The notes under the pieces were generated by a model. That model was not told the DNA's origin and made no database searches. It was given only the letters and a program-made list of their open reading frames with translations. From the human T2T-CHM13v2.0 reference genome, Homo sapiens, in assembly GCF_009914755.1 (NCBI RefSeq), contig NC_060942.1: DNA of 64,000 nt, one strand, 5' to 3'. A program made the translations under genes and the position numbers. Positions 63,311-64,000 of the stretch are shown one piece after another (position 1 is the stretch's first letter; each line of letters starts with the position of its first letter).

Positions 63311-64000
63311 GTAAGGCACGACAGATTTCAAGGAGGAGGAGATATTTTGGGGCAGAAGAGTTTTCCAGGACCCATCAAATCACTCCCTACAGACATCTGT
63401 CTGATAGATAATATATTCTTAAATGGGCTTTCTTTTGCTGTTTTATATCTTAAGAGAAAAGGGCAAAGTTGTGACTTTCTGTGATATCAGTACCAGGATT
63501 AGGACCCACTCTCCAATTGCCTTTGAAAAGAGAAAAAAGCAAAACGAAACCTTCCTCTGGCTTACTTTCAGAGCTCCAGTCAGATTGACTGTGCCAAGCA
63601 GACAGACCACCCACAAACTGCAATAAATAACAACCGTCTCTTCTGAGTCAGTTATCCACTGTATCACCCAAGGCAAGTGATTAAAAATTGCAATTTCTTT
63701 CACATAACAAGGGTGCTGTCAAACTGCAGCCCCTCACCATGGTTTTACAAGACTATGTGGAAAGCACAAAGTTCCATGTGCTGAGTTTTGTACTCCACAA
63801 CTAGCCTGAGATTATCAAATCAATGCTGGAATAAAAGTTTGCAGGAATAATTTCCCTACACAGTCTTTTGTTGATCTACTGACATTGCCTAAGAGATTTA
63901 ATTCACTCTTCTTCGTCCTTTTTTTTTTTAATTTATAAGACCTGTCATTGAAAGGCTCACCCAGTTTTTTGCTCCTCCTAATATGGATTTCTGACAAAAC

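Overview
Eukaryotic (primate, human-like) AT-rich, CpG-poor non-coding DNA, either a gene desert or a large intron. Species assignment rests on AluJ/S/Y and L1PA elements. From about 15 kb to 61.5 kb it is almost entirely nested retroelements: L2 and MIR hosts, old L1M elements, MaLR/ERVL solo LTRs, five larger L1PA copies plus a tiny one, and eight Alus or Alu remnants. No cellular protein-coding gene, RNA gene or CRISPR array is recognisable. All long ORFs in the track are decayed L1 ORF1/ORF2 pieces or their antisense shadows. The most informative signal is structural. (1) One MIR is split by a 9.9 kb composite: an internally deleted L1PA carrying an apparent ~390 bp 3' transduction with its own AATAAA and A-tail, into which a full-length L1PA7 later inserted; both TSD pairs are visible. 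(2) A probable L1PA7-associated multi-kb deletion. (3) A twin-primed, 5'-inverted L1. (4) Two Alus that lost their tails. (5) Young tandem duplications inside old elements. (6) A few unique islands that look like enhancers or splice-competent exons, the best being 63185-63310. I see no evidence of a new multi-gene system. Repeat subfamily names come from recalled diagnostic motifs, not from a RepeatMasker run, and boundaries of old elements are approximate.
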